DNA of 64,000 bases, taken from NCBI GenBank assembly GCA_041661605.1, contig JBAZUE010000001.1:478928-542927 (forward strand), read 5' to 3'. The notes beneath the pieces are model-generated. The model was given only the letters and a program-made list of their open reading frames with translations. It searched no databases and was not told the DNA's origin. Source of the stretch: Candidatus Omnitrophota bacterium. GTDB taxonomy: Bacteria; Omnitrophota; Gorgyraeia; Gygaellales; Profunditerraquicolaceae. The position numbers were made by a program, and so were the translations under genes. Of this stretch, positions 17,670 to 25,112 are shown in pieces (positions within the stretch are counted from its first letter, which is position 1; every line of letters starts with the position of its first letter).

Positions 17670-18733
17670 TTTATCCCTCCCCCAATCAATTTATAGGCCT
17701 GACGGGCAATCATCAATTCTTCATTTGTAGGAATAACTATAATCGCCGGTTTCTTCTTTAAATACCTGAATAATCCGTTGCAAATACTCCTCCTGACACT
17801 TGCCTGATTCTCGCCTATACCGGCGGTAAATATCAAGGCATCTAAACCTCCCAAAACCGACAGATACGCCCCGATATATTTCCTGATCCTGTAAACAAAT
17901 ATATCAATAGCAAGCCTGGCGCGCCTGTTGCCCGCATTAGCCTTTATTTCAAGAGAGCGCATATCATTGCTGATGCCGGATATTCCTTTCAGCCCGCTTT
18001 CTTTATTTAAAATACGCTCCATTTCATGGCTGCTTATTTTCTCCTTACCCATAATATGCGTGACTAGCGCCGGGTCAACATCACCGCAGCGCGTGCCCAT
18101 AACTAAACCTTCTAAAGGCGTAAATCCCATGCTTGTATCTACTGACTTGCCCTTATCAATAGCGGTAATACTACAGCCATTGCCTAAATGGCAACTAATC
18201 AATTTCAATTTTTTAAGCGGTTTCTTAAGTATCCTGCCGGCTTCGGCAGCAACATACTCATGGCTGGTACCATGAAAACCATATTTTCTTATTTTTAGCC
18301 TCTGGTAATAATCATAAGGCAAGCCATATATATAAGCATGCGCCGGGATACTTTGATGAAACGCCGTATCAAAAACCGCAACCTGTTTTACCCCGGGTAG
18401 AAGTTTTTGACAAGCAAGTATGCCGGATAAATTCGCCGGATTATGCAGAGGAGCGATAGCGCAGCATTCTTTAATTCCGTTTATGACCTTGGCGTTAACT
18501 TGCGCCGGCTTTTTAAATTTTTCGGCGCCATGGACTACGCGGTGGCCTATGGCCTGGACAGAATCAACTTTTTCCAGTATGGTTTTTAAACCGGAATAGT
18601 GGTCGGCAAATTCGGAACCCTTCTCTCCTATGTGCTCAAGTGTACCTTTTGAAATCAAAAGTTCCGCGGGCATATCAAAAAGCTTATACTTGATGGAAGA
18701 ACTTCCGCTGTTAATTACCAATATCTTCATCAT
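17663..18733 (-). CDS. ackA: acetate kinase (short form, 356 aa)
   Basis: ILVINSGSSSIKYKLFD, HRVVHGAEKF, VAVFDTAFHQSIP, YGFHGTSHEYV, IFTAGIGEN, IPTNEELMIA. Confidence 0.85.
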   Translation of the reverse strand: MMKILVINSGSSSIKYKLFDMPAELLISKGTLEHIGEKGSEFADHYSGLKTILEKVDSVQAIGHRVVHGAEKFKKPAQVNAKVINGIKECCAIAPLHNPANLSGILACQKLLPGVKQVAVFDTAFHQSIPAHAYIYGLPYDYYQRLKIRKYGFHGTSHEYVAAEAGRILKKPLKKLKLISCHLGNGCSITAIDKGKSVDTSMGFTPLEGLVMGTRCGDVDPALVTHIMGKEKISSHEMERILNKESGLKGISGISNDMRSLEIKANAGNRRARLAIDIFVYRIRKYIGAYLSVLGGLDALIFTAGIGENQASVRRSICNGLFRYLKKKPAIIVIPTNEELMIARQAYKLIGGGIKC

Positions 18734-19659
18734 TGGGCCCTTATTGCCGAAACCGCCACGCTATCAACGATATCCTGCGCAAAACACCCGCGGGATAAAT
18801 CACTTGCCGGTTTATTCAAACCCAAAAACAACGGCCCGATTGCCCGGCAGCCGCTGAGCCGCTGTGAAAGCTTATAACCAATGTTTCCGGCCTCCAGATT
18901 AGGAAAAATAAGCACGTTGGCTTTTCCATGAATCGGGCTATCCGGGCATTTTATTTCAGCTACCTCCGGCACGATTGCCGCATCCGCCTGCAATTCTCCG
19001 TCAGCTAATATCCCGGGAGATTGCGCCTTAAGTAAAGCCAGAGCTTCAGCTATCTTTTCGGCAGACTTTGTTCTGGCTGAACCCTTGGTAGAGTAACTTA
19101 AAAAAGCTATGCGCGGAGTAATATCCAGCACCTTACCCGCTAATTCCGCGGAGGTCAAAGCAATACAGTATAACTGACGGGCATTAGGATCAGGGATAAT
19201 CCCGCAATCCGCAAAAATAAATGTCCCGTTATCCCCATACTGATTGCCCGGAAGATCCATAATAAAACAACTGGAAACAATAGTAAAACGCTCATCCATC
19301 CCGATGCAGCGTATACAAGCGCGCGCTACATCAGCAGTAGTATGAACTGCCCCGGCAACCAGGCCATCGGCTTTTCCGTGGCGCGTCATCATCGCCGCGT
19401 AATAAATGTTATCGGAGAAAAGTTTTTTTACTGTGTCCAGGCTGACATCCTTGGACTGGTATAATTGATAATATTCCTGGATATAGTTATCCAACTGGTT
19501 TTTATCAATCATATCAGGGGTCAAAACCAACGGGTTAGCTATTTTCTCCTCCTGGACAATGCGCGCAGCCTCCAAGGTCCTTTTGTCCTCATATTCCGGC
19601 AGGACAATTGTCATAAGCTTTCTTTTAGCAAGGTTTCGAATCCGGGTAATCGCATCCAT
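18730..19659 (-). CDS. pta: phosphate acetyltransferase, catalytic PTA_PTB domain only
   Basis: 309 aa with GAVHTTADV, SGCRAIGPLFLGLNKPASDLSRG. Adjacent to ackA. Confidence 0.85.
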   Translation of the reverse strand: MDAITRIRNLAKRKLMTIVLPEYEDKRTLEAARIVQEEKIANPLVLTPDMIDKNQLDNYIQEYYQLYQSKDVSLDTVKKLFSDNIYYAAMMTRHGKADGLVAGAVHTTADVARACIRCIGMDERFTIVSSCFIMDLPGNQYGDNGTFIFADCGIIPDPNARQLYCIALTSAELAGKVLDITPRIAFLSYSTKGSARTKSAEKIAEALALLKAQSPGILADGELQADAAIVPEVAEIKCPDSPIHGKANVLIFPNLEAGNIGYKLSQRLSGCRAIGPLFLGLNKPASDLSRGCFAQDIVDSVAVSAIRAQ

Positions 19660-19660
19660 T

Positions 19661-20752
19661 TTAAATTCCTTTCAAAATTTTCTTAAAATCAACGTTTTCC
19701 CTGATCAATTTAATTACAGTATTAATCTTATCCTTATCGCACGGCCGGATCTTTACCGTCAGGTCATGCAGGCAAGTAGCCACATCATAAGTATCGGATT
19801 TAGCCAACAAAACCGGAATCTGAGCCTTTGACAAAAGGTTCATGATCGGCGGCTCCGGAGTAATCCCACCGGTCAAAATCATTCCGCAGATTTTTAACTT
19901 ATTATTACTGGCATCCTGAAAACTGCTAAGTCCGCAGATAATCATATCTTCACGGTCCCCGGGAGTAATCATAAGGCTGTCTTCGCAGATATAGCGCACT
20001 GCGTCACGGGCCTCCATTGCCGCAACAATCACCTTGGCAACAGAGCGTTCCAAATACTCTTTTCCACAAAGTACCTGAAAATCGGTTTCCTCCAGAATCT
20101 GCTCAAACGTAGGCCGCGCCAACATGGGGTTAAAAGGCAAAACACCCAATACGTCAATCCCTTTTCTTTCCAGGCCCTTCCTTACCAGGCGGCTGATTTT
20201 CTCAAATTTATCAGGCAGGACCTTGTTTACAATTACACCTAAAACCTTAACTCCCTCTTTTTCAAAAAGAGCCTTATTTAAAATAATTTCGTCAATCGGC
20301 CGTCCCACTCCACCCGAAGAAATAATTATTACTTTTGAACCTAAGAGCCTGGCAACTGAAGCGTTGGAATGGTCAAATACTGAACCAACCCCGGCATGGC
20401 CCGTGCCTTCGATTACCACTAATTGTTGATTTTTAGAAATCCTACGGAAAGAATTCTGAATTTGGCCGGTAATATTCTTCTTGTCCGGCTTCATAATATA
20501 TTTTTCAGTGAAACCTTTCTCTACCGCGATCGGGCTCATATCCTTGAGCCCGGATTTTATCCCGCAAACCTCCTCGATAAGGATAGAATCCTCGTCAATC
20601 TTTAAACCTTCTTCCTCCAGGTATCTCTGGCCGATAGGCTTAATAAAACCTACTTTGCCGAATTTTTCCTGCAGGTTTTTGATTATCCCCAGAGAAACCG
20701 TAGTCTTGCCGTCATTTTGCTTGGTGGCGGCAATAAATATTTTACGCATCAA
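19661..20752 (-). CDS. phosphotransacetylase N-terminal-like protein (BioD/CobQ-like P-loop plus DRTGG domain)
   Basis: IFIAATKQNDGKTTVSLG P-loop, and a DRTGG-like LMITPGDREDMI. It corresponds to the N-terminal half of long Pta enzymes and ends 1 nt before the pta start. Confidence 0.7.
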   Translation of the reverse strand: MMRKIFIAATKQNDGKTTVSLGIIKNLQEKFGKVGFIKPIGQRYLEEEGLKIDEDSILIEEVCGIKSGLKDMSPIAVEKGFTEKYIMKPDKKNITGQIQNSFRRISKNQQLVVIEGTGHAGVGSVFDHSNASVARLLGSKVIIISSGGVGRPIDEIILNKALFEKEGVKVLGVIVNKVLPDKFEKISRLVRKGLERKGIDVLGVLPFNPMLARPTFEQILEETDFQVLCGKEYLERSVAKVIVAAMEARDAVRYICEDSLMITPGDREDMIICGLSSFQDASNNKLKICGMILTGGITPEPPIMNLLSKAQIPVLLAKSDTYDVATCLHDLTVKIRPCDKDKINTVIKLIRENVDFKKILKGI

Positions 20753-21069
20753 AGATTTTCTTCTATTTTACGCTTTATATCAAGCTTGCTGGCCGCGCCA
20801 ACGATCTGGTTAAAAACCTTACCGTTTTTAAAGAAAATGATGGTAGGAATCGACATTACCCCATATTCAGTGGCGACCTTAGGGTTGGTATCGACATCTA
20901 CTTTGCCGACTTTTACCCTGCCGGCATACTCTTTAGCCAATTCATCAATATGCGGAGCAATCATCTTGCAAGGCCCGCACCAGGCAGCCCAAAAATCAAC
21001 CAGGGCCAACTGGCTGGATTCCAATACCTCTTTCTTAAAATTAGCATCCGTAAAATGTAGTGCGCTCAT
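20749..21069 (-). CDS. trxA: thioredoxin
   Basis: VDFWAAWCGPCKMIAP, 106 aa. Confidence 0.95.
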   Translation of the reverse strand: MSALHFTDANFKKEVLESSQLALVDFWAAWCGPCKMIAPHIDELAKEYAGRVKVGKVDVDTNPKVATEYGVMSIPTIIFFKNGKVFNQIVGAASKLDIKRKIEENL

Positions 21070-21118
21070 AGATGAAATCCTTCACAATAAAAGGGTTAAT
21101 AAAATGGCAGGTCGTAAT

Positions 21119-21147
21119 AAATTATCACAAACAGGGGCTATTTGCAA
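21119..21147 (-). promoter_or_regulatory. sigma70-type promoter candidate for the trxA-pta-ackA... operon
   Basis: On the minus strand: TTGCAA (21147-21142), 17-nt spacer, TAATTT preceded by TGa (extended -10). Confidence 0.35.
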
Positions 21148-21328
21148 GAAATTTCATGAGCGGATAACTTACGGAAGCGACAGCGACGTAAGTTATAGCG
21201 AAGCGTCCGCGAATGAATCCCCGAAGTTGCGAGCAAATTCCGAAGGGATTTGCGAAGCGGTTAACTGCGGGGATATCCACAACTTGAGGAATAACAGAGT
21301 GAGTAAGGGGACACTTCTGCGATTGGAT

Positions 21329-22903
21329 TCAGAAACGTCCCTTGTTTATCAATTGCAGTTGGTCTGAATAATACCCTGCCGTAAGCGAGTCCAGGGAGGC
21401 AGTCAGCTCCTCAAGCTTCAACTGTTTATCAAACCTTTTATTCCTATCCTCAATAGCCAGATTATCCAGCTCAGATTTCACCCGTATACGCTCAAAATAA
21501 AGTTTATTTACCTGGTCTAAAATATCATCACGCAGCTCTACCATCAGCTTTGAACGCACATCAATGCTCGTTTGGGCCTCATTCCAGATCAAGTCGCTTA
21601 AATCCCAACTCAAACCAACATCCCAATCAATGCTATCCTGGCCGTGGCGCAAAATATCATCATCATTCTTAGTTGATGAACCGGTCTCCCAATGCCAAAG
21701 ATCAGTTGAATTGCGGTCTAAGCCAATACTTACCTGCGGCAATAATGCTTTTTTCGCCGCCTTCCTTCTCCATTGAGCTATCTTTTCCGGGCTTACTTCA
21801 GCATATTCTATTGCCGCTTTTTGCACATCCGTTATTTTTGGCTCGTATTTAAAATATTCCTGGACTATAATCTGCCCGAGAATAGCAGTAGAACTTTTCC
21901 GGCTGCTTTTAAATACCCCCTTTTCTCCTGCGGCATAAATATCACCCTTACTATCTAAAGCGAGATAATTTAATTTCCCCGCGGCTAAATCGAAAGAAAC
22001 CTCATTCCAGCGGTCATTTTGATAAAGAAACACACCCGACTGGCTAAGGCCAAAAATCCCGGAATCAACCGATAAGCAAAACATTTTTACATCGCGGTCC
22101 AATAAACCATATTCGCCTAACTTGTTCCAGGTTTTAGCTTGATCCTGGCTTCTATAAACTCCTTTAATACTGGAAAAATAGACACAATTAACATCATTGA
22201 TATCGGATTTTACAAAATGTATATCAGATAAACCTCTTTCCTCGTCAGTTTTATCAATATCAACATCCCCTTGCTGATTATCCTCTTTAAGATAACTCAC
22301 AAAAACCCTTTTCCAGCTTTCCCCGTTGTCCAAGGATTTAAATATTCCGCAAGCAGCAGCCAAGTAAACAACCTTACTCAGACTGGGGTTAAAATCAATA
22401 TTAAAGATAACAGAATTATTTATTTCACCGTTGTCCTTCCGCCAGTGCCGGCAGCTATCATTACTTATGAAAAGCCCTGCTCTTGTCCCCACGAAAACAG
22501 CATAAGGAGCAGCCAACACAGCAATGCACTGATTCTCTTTATTATTTTTACCCCGAAATACCCTTTCCCAGCGTTCGCCTAAATCCTTACTTAGGTATAA
22601 ACCATTATCCGTACCCGCATAAATAAAGTTTAAGTTGGAAGGAGCAAACATCAAAGCATTAATATTCTTTAATCCTCCTCTTATCGATAATACCCTGCGC
22701 CAAGTTTTACCCGCATCCTCACTCTTCAGCACGCTTCCACCGGAGCCTGCAAAGATAATACCGCTATCCTCTGGATTTACCAAGATAACCCGCACATTAA
22801 GATTGCCCCCGCTTATATCCTCCCAGGTAAAATCCTGAGCCAAAAGAAAACCCGGCAGAATAATTAACCAGGCCGTTACAAAGCTAATAATTTTCTTCCG
22901 CAT
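21329..22903 (-). CDS. secreted BNR/Asp-box repeat beta-propeller protein with C-terminal coiled-coil region
   Basis: Has a signal peptide and repeated SxDxGxxW boxes: SEDAGKTWRRV, SKDLGERWERV, SLDNGESWKRV, SQDQAKTWNKL. Confidence 0.65.
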   Translation of the reverse strand: MRKKIISFVTAWLIILPGFLLAQDFTWEDISGGNLNVRVILVNPEDSGIIFAGSGGSVLKSEDAGKTWRRVLSIRGGLKNINALMFAPSNLNFIYAGTDNGLYLSKDLGERWERVFRGKNNKENQCIAVLAAPYAVFVGTRAGLFISNDSCRHWRKDNGEINNSVIFNIDFNPSLSKVVYLAAACGIFKSLDNGESWKRVFVSYLKEDNQQGDVDIDKTDEERGLSDIHFVKSDINDVNCVYFSSIKGVYRSQDQAKTWNKLGEYGLLDRDVKMFCLSVDSGIFGLSQSGVFLYQNDRWNEVSFDLAAGKLNYLALDSKGDIYAAGEKGVFKSSRKSSTAILGQIIVQEYFKYEPKITDVQKAAIEYAEVSPEKIAQWRRKAAKKALLPQVSIGLDRNSTDLWHWETGSSTKNDDDILRHGQDSIDWDVGLSWDLSDLIWNEAQTSIDVRSKLMVELRDDILDQVNKLYFERIRVKSELDNLAIEDRNKRFDKQLKLEELTASLDSLTAGYYSDQLQLINKGRF

Positions 22904-22950
22904 TTTACACCTCCTGGCATAATTGACGCAGAAGGCGAAGAAATCTAACC

Positions 22951-22989
22951 AAAAAAAAGAGCGTCCCTGAAAAAGGACGCTCTTTTTTT
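22951..22989 (-). terminator. bidirectional intrinsic terminator ending the riboswitch-2 operon
   Basis: A8-GAGCGUCC-cugaaaaa-GGACGCUC-U7. Confidence 0.75.
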
Positions 22990-23008
22990 CAAGATTATTG
23001 CCTTTTAT

Positions 23009-23431
23009 CTACCAGAGCAAGGCCCTTATCTTATCATCCGCTGTTTTCCAGGCATATTCCGGTTTCATCGCCGGCTTAGTATACGAGGGGATTGGGAAAG
23101 TAACTGTATCATAGATTCCGGCCAAGCCGCGTATAACGCTGGTGATTGTTCCGTTGACCACTCCTATACTGGCTCCAGCCGCAGGATCCTGCTCATTAGA
23201 AACTCTTGCTACTTCAGCAGGCAACTCCATCCAGCATGTAGCCATGTTAATTACCCCGCGTTCAAGCTTATTAATCGGAGTATTGCCATATGGGATTTGA
23301 TCACGGTCAATCTCCATAACAGGAGCAGGATAATCAACCTCACTATCAGCTCCGTAATCATAGCAATATCCAATCGCCAACCCCCCAAAGATCAATACGA
23401 GTACGCTTAGAATCAAAATCAAGTTTTTCAT
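23009..23431 (-). CDS. secreted protein resembling the exosortase-system-associated TIGR04073 family
   Basis: 140 aa with a signal/anchor. PINKLERGVINMATCWMELPAEV fits the family K.gRG..N......E.P motif as I remember it. Confidence 0.55.
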   Translation of the reverse strand: MKNLILILSVLVLIFGGLAIGYCYDYGADSEVDYPAPVMEIDRDQIPYGNTPINKLERGVINMATCWMELPAEVARVSNEQDPAAGASIGVVNGTITSVIRGLAGIYDTVTFPIPSYTKPAMKPEYAWKTADDKIRALLW

Positions 23432-23694
23432 CAGTTTCCTCCTTGTTTAATCCCTATTCTGCCTAATTGATATGATAATTTCTCTTTAAAAGTCTTAGCT
23501 GAATCTATTTTCTCACCAGATATCCCCGCCTCCATAGCAAAATCAATAAGACCGCGCAAGATATCATTATAGGAAAGCTTATGGCCGGTAGAAAACAAGG
23601 CATCTTTGCCTAGTTTATCAAGATAATCCATCTCCTGACGACCCAACATGGTGATTACTCTATGCGTAGTTACTTGACCTTTATTATCATGCAT
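23431..23694 (-). CDS. small ribbon-helix-helix-like protein (hypothetical)
   Basis: SD AAGGAGGTGG. THRVITMLGRQEMDYLDKLGKD looks like an RHH beta-strand plus helix. No family identified. Confidence 0.4.
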   Translation of the reverse strand: MHDNKGQVTTHRVITMLGRQEMDYLDKLGKDALFSTGHKLSYNDILRGLIDFAMEAGISGEKIDSAKTFKEKLSYQLGRIGIKQGGN

Positions 23695-23708
23695 ATTTAA
23701 CCACCTCC

Positions 23709-23828
23709 TTAGCGGCGAATCCCAAACAACGGCATACCCTCAAATAACCTCAATGCTTTAAGAAAATTCATATGCTTTTTATGCTGCTTCTTGGCTCTTG
23801 CCAAGGCCCTATGTAAAATCTTTTTCAT
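23709..23828 (-). CDS. 39-aa highly basic upstream ORF (leader peptide candidate)
   Basis: Below the track cutoff. AAAGGGGGG SD, then ATG 23828. Translation is MKKILHRALARAKKQHKKHMNFLKALRLFEGMPLFGIRR with stop TAA at 23709-23711, which overlaps the SD of the next gene. Confidence 0.3.
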   Translation of the reverse strand: MKKILHRALARAKKQHKKHMNFLKALRLFEGMPLFGIRR

Positions 23829-23866
23829 CTTAACCCCCCTTTCCCTAAATTGAGCCCCCCATAAAC

Positions 23867-23898
23867 AAAAAACCCTAAAAGGCATATTTTAGGGTTTT
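23867..23898 (-). terminator. intrinsic terminator (riboswitch 2 expression platform)
   Basis: AAACCCUAAAA-uaugc-CUUUUAGGGUU plus a U-tract. Nearly identical to the 4605-4633 terminator. Confidence 0.75.
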
Positions 23899-23899
23899 A

Positions 23900-23990
23900 T
23901 CCCTACTTGGCAACCCCGCTTTCCTCTTTTTAAGAGGACCGGAAGCTTTGCGACCCAGCATTACTGCTGGTTAGCCCTTATCATTAGGTG
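23900..23990 (-). promoter_or_regulatory. c-di-GMP-I (GEMM-I) riboswitch aptamer, copy 2
   Basis: On the minus strand: AAGGGCUAAC-CAGCA-GUAA-UGCUG-GGUCGCAAAGCUUCCGG-UCCUCUU-AAAA-AGAGGA-AAGCGGGGUUGCCAAGUAGGG. This is a very close match to the Vc2 core (GGGACGCAAAGCCUCCGG...AGCGGGGUUACCGAUGG). Confidence 0.9.
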
Positions 23991-24032
23991 TGTGTTAAAA
24001 TACCAAATTGTCAAAATGTCAATTTACACAGA

Positions 24033-24061
24033 ATTATAACATATTTTGAGCTATTTTTCAA
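24033..24061 (-). promoter_or_regulatory. sigma70-type promoter for riboswitch 2
   Basis: On the minus strand: TTGAAA (24061-24056), 17-nt spacer, TATAAT (24038-24033). Confidence 0.55.
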
Positions 24062-24107
24062 GCCCACCCCCCGGGAGAGGAAATTCTTCAAAATCCATTA
24101 AAACAGG

Positions 24108-24881
24108 CTAAAACCTTTTAATCAAATCTCCGGCAACTTTTTTACCTGCCAAAAGCATCCCCCCGAATATCGGGCCCATGCGCGGACCGCCAAATACGGC
24201 GTTTGCGCACATGCCGCAGGCATATAAACCTGGGCAAATCTCCTTTGAGTTCTTCACGATTGTTTCTTCCCCTGCCTCTGCCCACATCGACTGCTCTCCC
24301 AGGGTTTTTCCGGTTTTAGTATTAAGCCTTATCCCTGATTTTCTTTCAACAATACGGGCTACCTCCGCCGGATGCCCTGTTGCATCAACGACGACCTTAG
24401 CCCGCATGGTAATTGGATCAACATGCAATTTCGCCATCTCAACCGCGCTCCAATTCAATACTAATCCTTTCACTTTATTACTGCGCACCATTACATCTTC
24501 GACACTCATCAGATTAAAGATTTTTAACCCTGCCTTTACTGCTTTGGAGCAGATGGTTGAAACTGATTCAATGGAATCAGCTAAATAATAACCCTCCTCA
24601 TAACGCCTGCTTTTAATGCCAAATTCATCAAGGATACCCTTGGCTTTCTCCTGGACCACTATTTCATTAAACATGATCCCGCCGCCCCACATGCCGCCGC
24701 CAACCGAAAGCTTCCTTTCAAAGAGTACTACATTTTTACCTGCCTTAGCCAGATAATAACCACATACCATACCGGCAGGGCCTGCTCCGACTATGGCGAC
24801 ATCAACATCGAGAGCCTTTATTAACTTTTTGTTGTACGATTCGATAATTGCCTTAGAAATTTTTATCTCATCTAATTGCAT
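24108..24881 (-). CDS. thi4: thiazole synthase, Thi4 family (sulfide-dependent ADP-thiazole synthase)
   Basis: [45 protein letters not shown]. Preceded by a TPP riboswitch. Confidence 0.85.
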   Translation of the reverse strand: MQLDEIKISKAIIESYNKKLIKALDVDVAIVGAGPAGMVCGYYLAKAGKNVVLFERKLSVGGGMWGGGIMFNEIVVQEKAKGILDEFGIKSRRYEEGYYLADSIESVSTICSKAVKAGLKIFNLMSVEDVMVRSNKVKGLVLNWSAVEMAKLHVDPITMRAKVVVDATGHPAEVARIVERKSGIRLNTKTGKTLGEQSMWAEAGEETIVKNSKEICPGLYACGMCANAVFGGPRMGPIFGGMLLAGKKVAGDLIKRF

Positions 24882-24908
24882 AATATCCTCCTTGTTAATA
24901 ATAAAAAC

Positions 24909-24939
24909 AAAAAACCCTTAAGCCAAATGCATAAGGGTT
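24909..24939 (-). terminator. intrinsic terminator (TPP riboswitch expression platform)
   Basis: AACCCUUA-ugcauuuggc-UUAAGGGUU plus U6, about 25 nt before the thi4 SD. Confidence 0.7.
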
Positions 24940-24949
24940 ATAAAAAACC

Positions 24950-25050
24950 ATCTCTTCTTCCCTCCGCTGGCATTATCCAGATCAGGTATTTTAGGGTAAT
25001 CCGCTTATTTCGCGGAACTCTCAGGCTGCTTGACAGCCTCCCCGTTTCTG
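24950..25050 (-). promoter_or_regulatory. TPP (THI-box) riboswitch
   Basis: On the minus strand: CGGGGAGGCUGUCAAGCAGCCUGAGAGUUCCGCGAAAUAAGCGGAUUACCCUAAAAUACCUGAUCUGGAUAAUGCCAGCGGAGGGAAG. It contains the invariant CUGAGA and ACCUGAUCUGGAUAAUGCCAGCG elements. Confidence 0.9.
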
Positions 25051-25056
25051 TTTATA

Positions 25057-25085
25057 ATATTACAATTTTAACAACCGATTGTCAA
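25057..25085 (-). promoter_or_regulatory. sigma70-type promoter for TPP riboswitch/thi4
   Basis: On the minus strand: TTGACA (25085-25080), 17-nt spacer, TAATAT (25062-25057). Confidence 0.55.
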
Positions 25086-25112
25086 ACTATTTTGTAATGA
25101 TAGCCGACATAT

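Noticed and set aside
20717-21367. 216-aa plus-strand ORF spanning trxA antisense and the downstream spacer
   Set aside because: It is antisense to a well-supported trxA gene, has no SD and a low-complexity composition. The non-coding part is better explained by hairpins and repeats.
23835-23866. Possible second hairpin after riboswitch 2, by analogy with the tandem terminator of riboswitch 1
   Set aside because: The two G6 runs (GGGGGG...GGGGGG) are not complementary. The second run instead serves as the SD of the 39-aa ORF.
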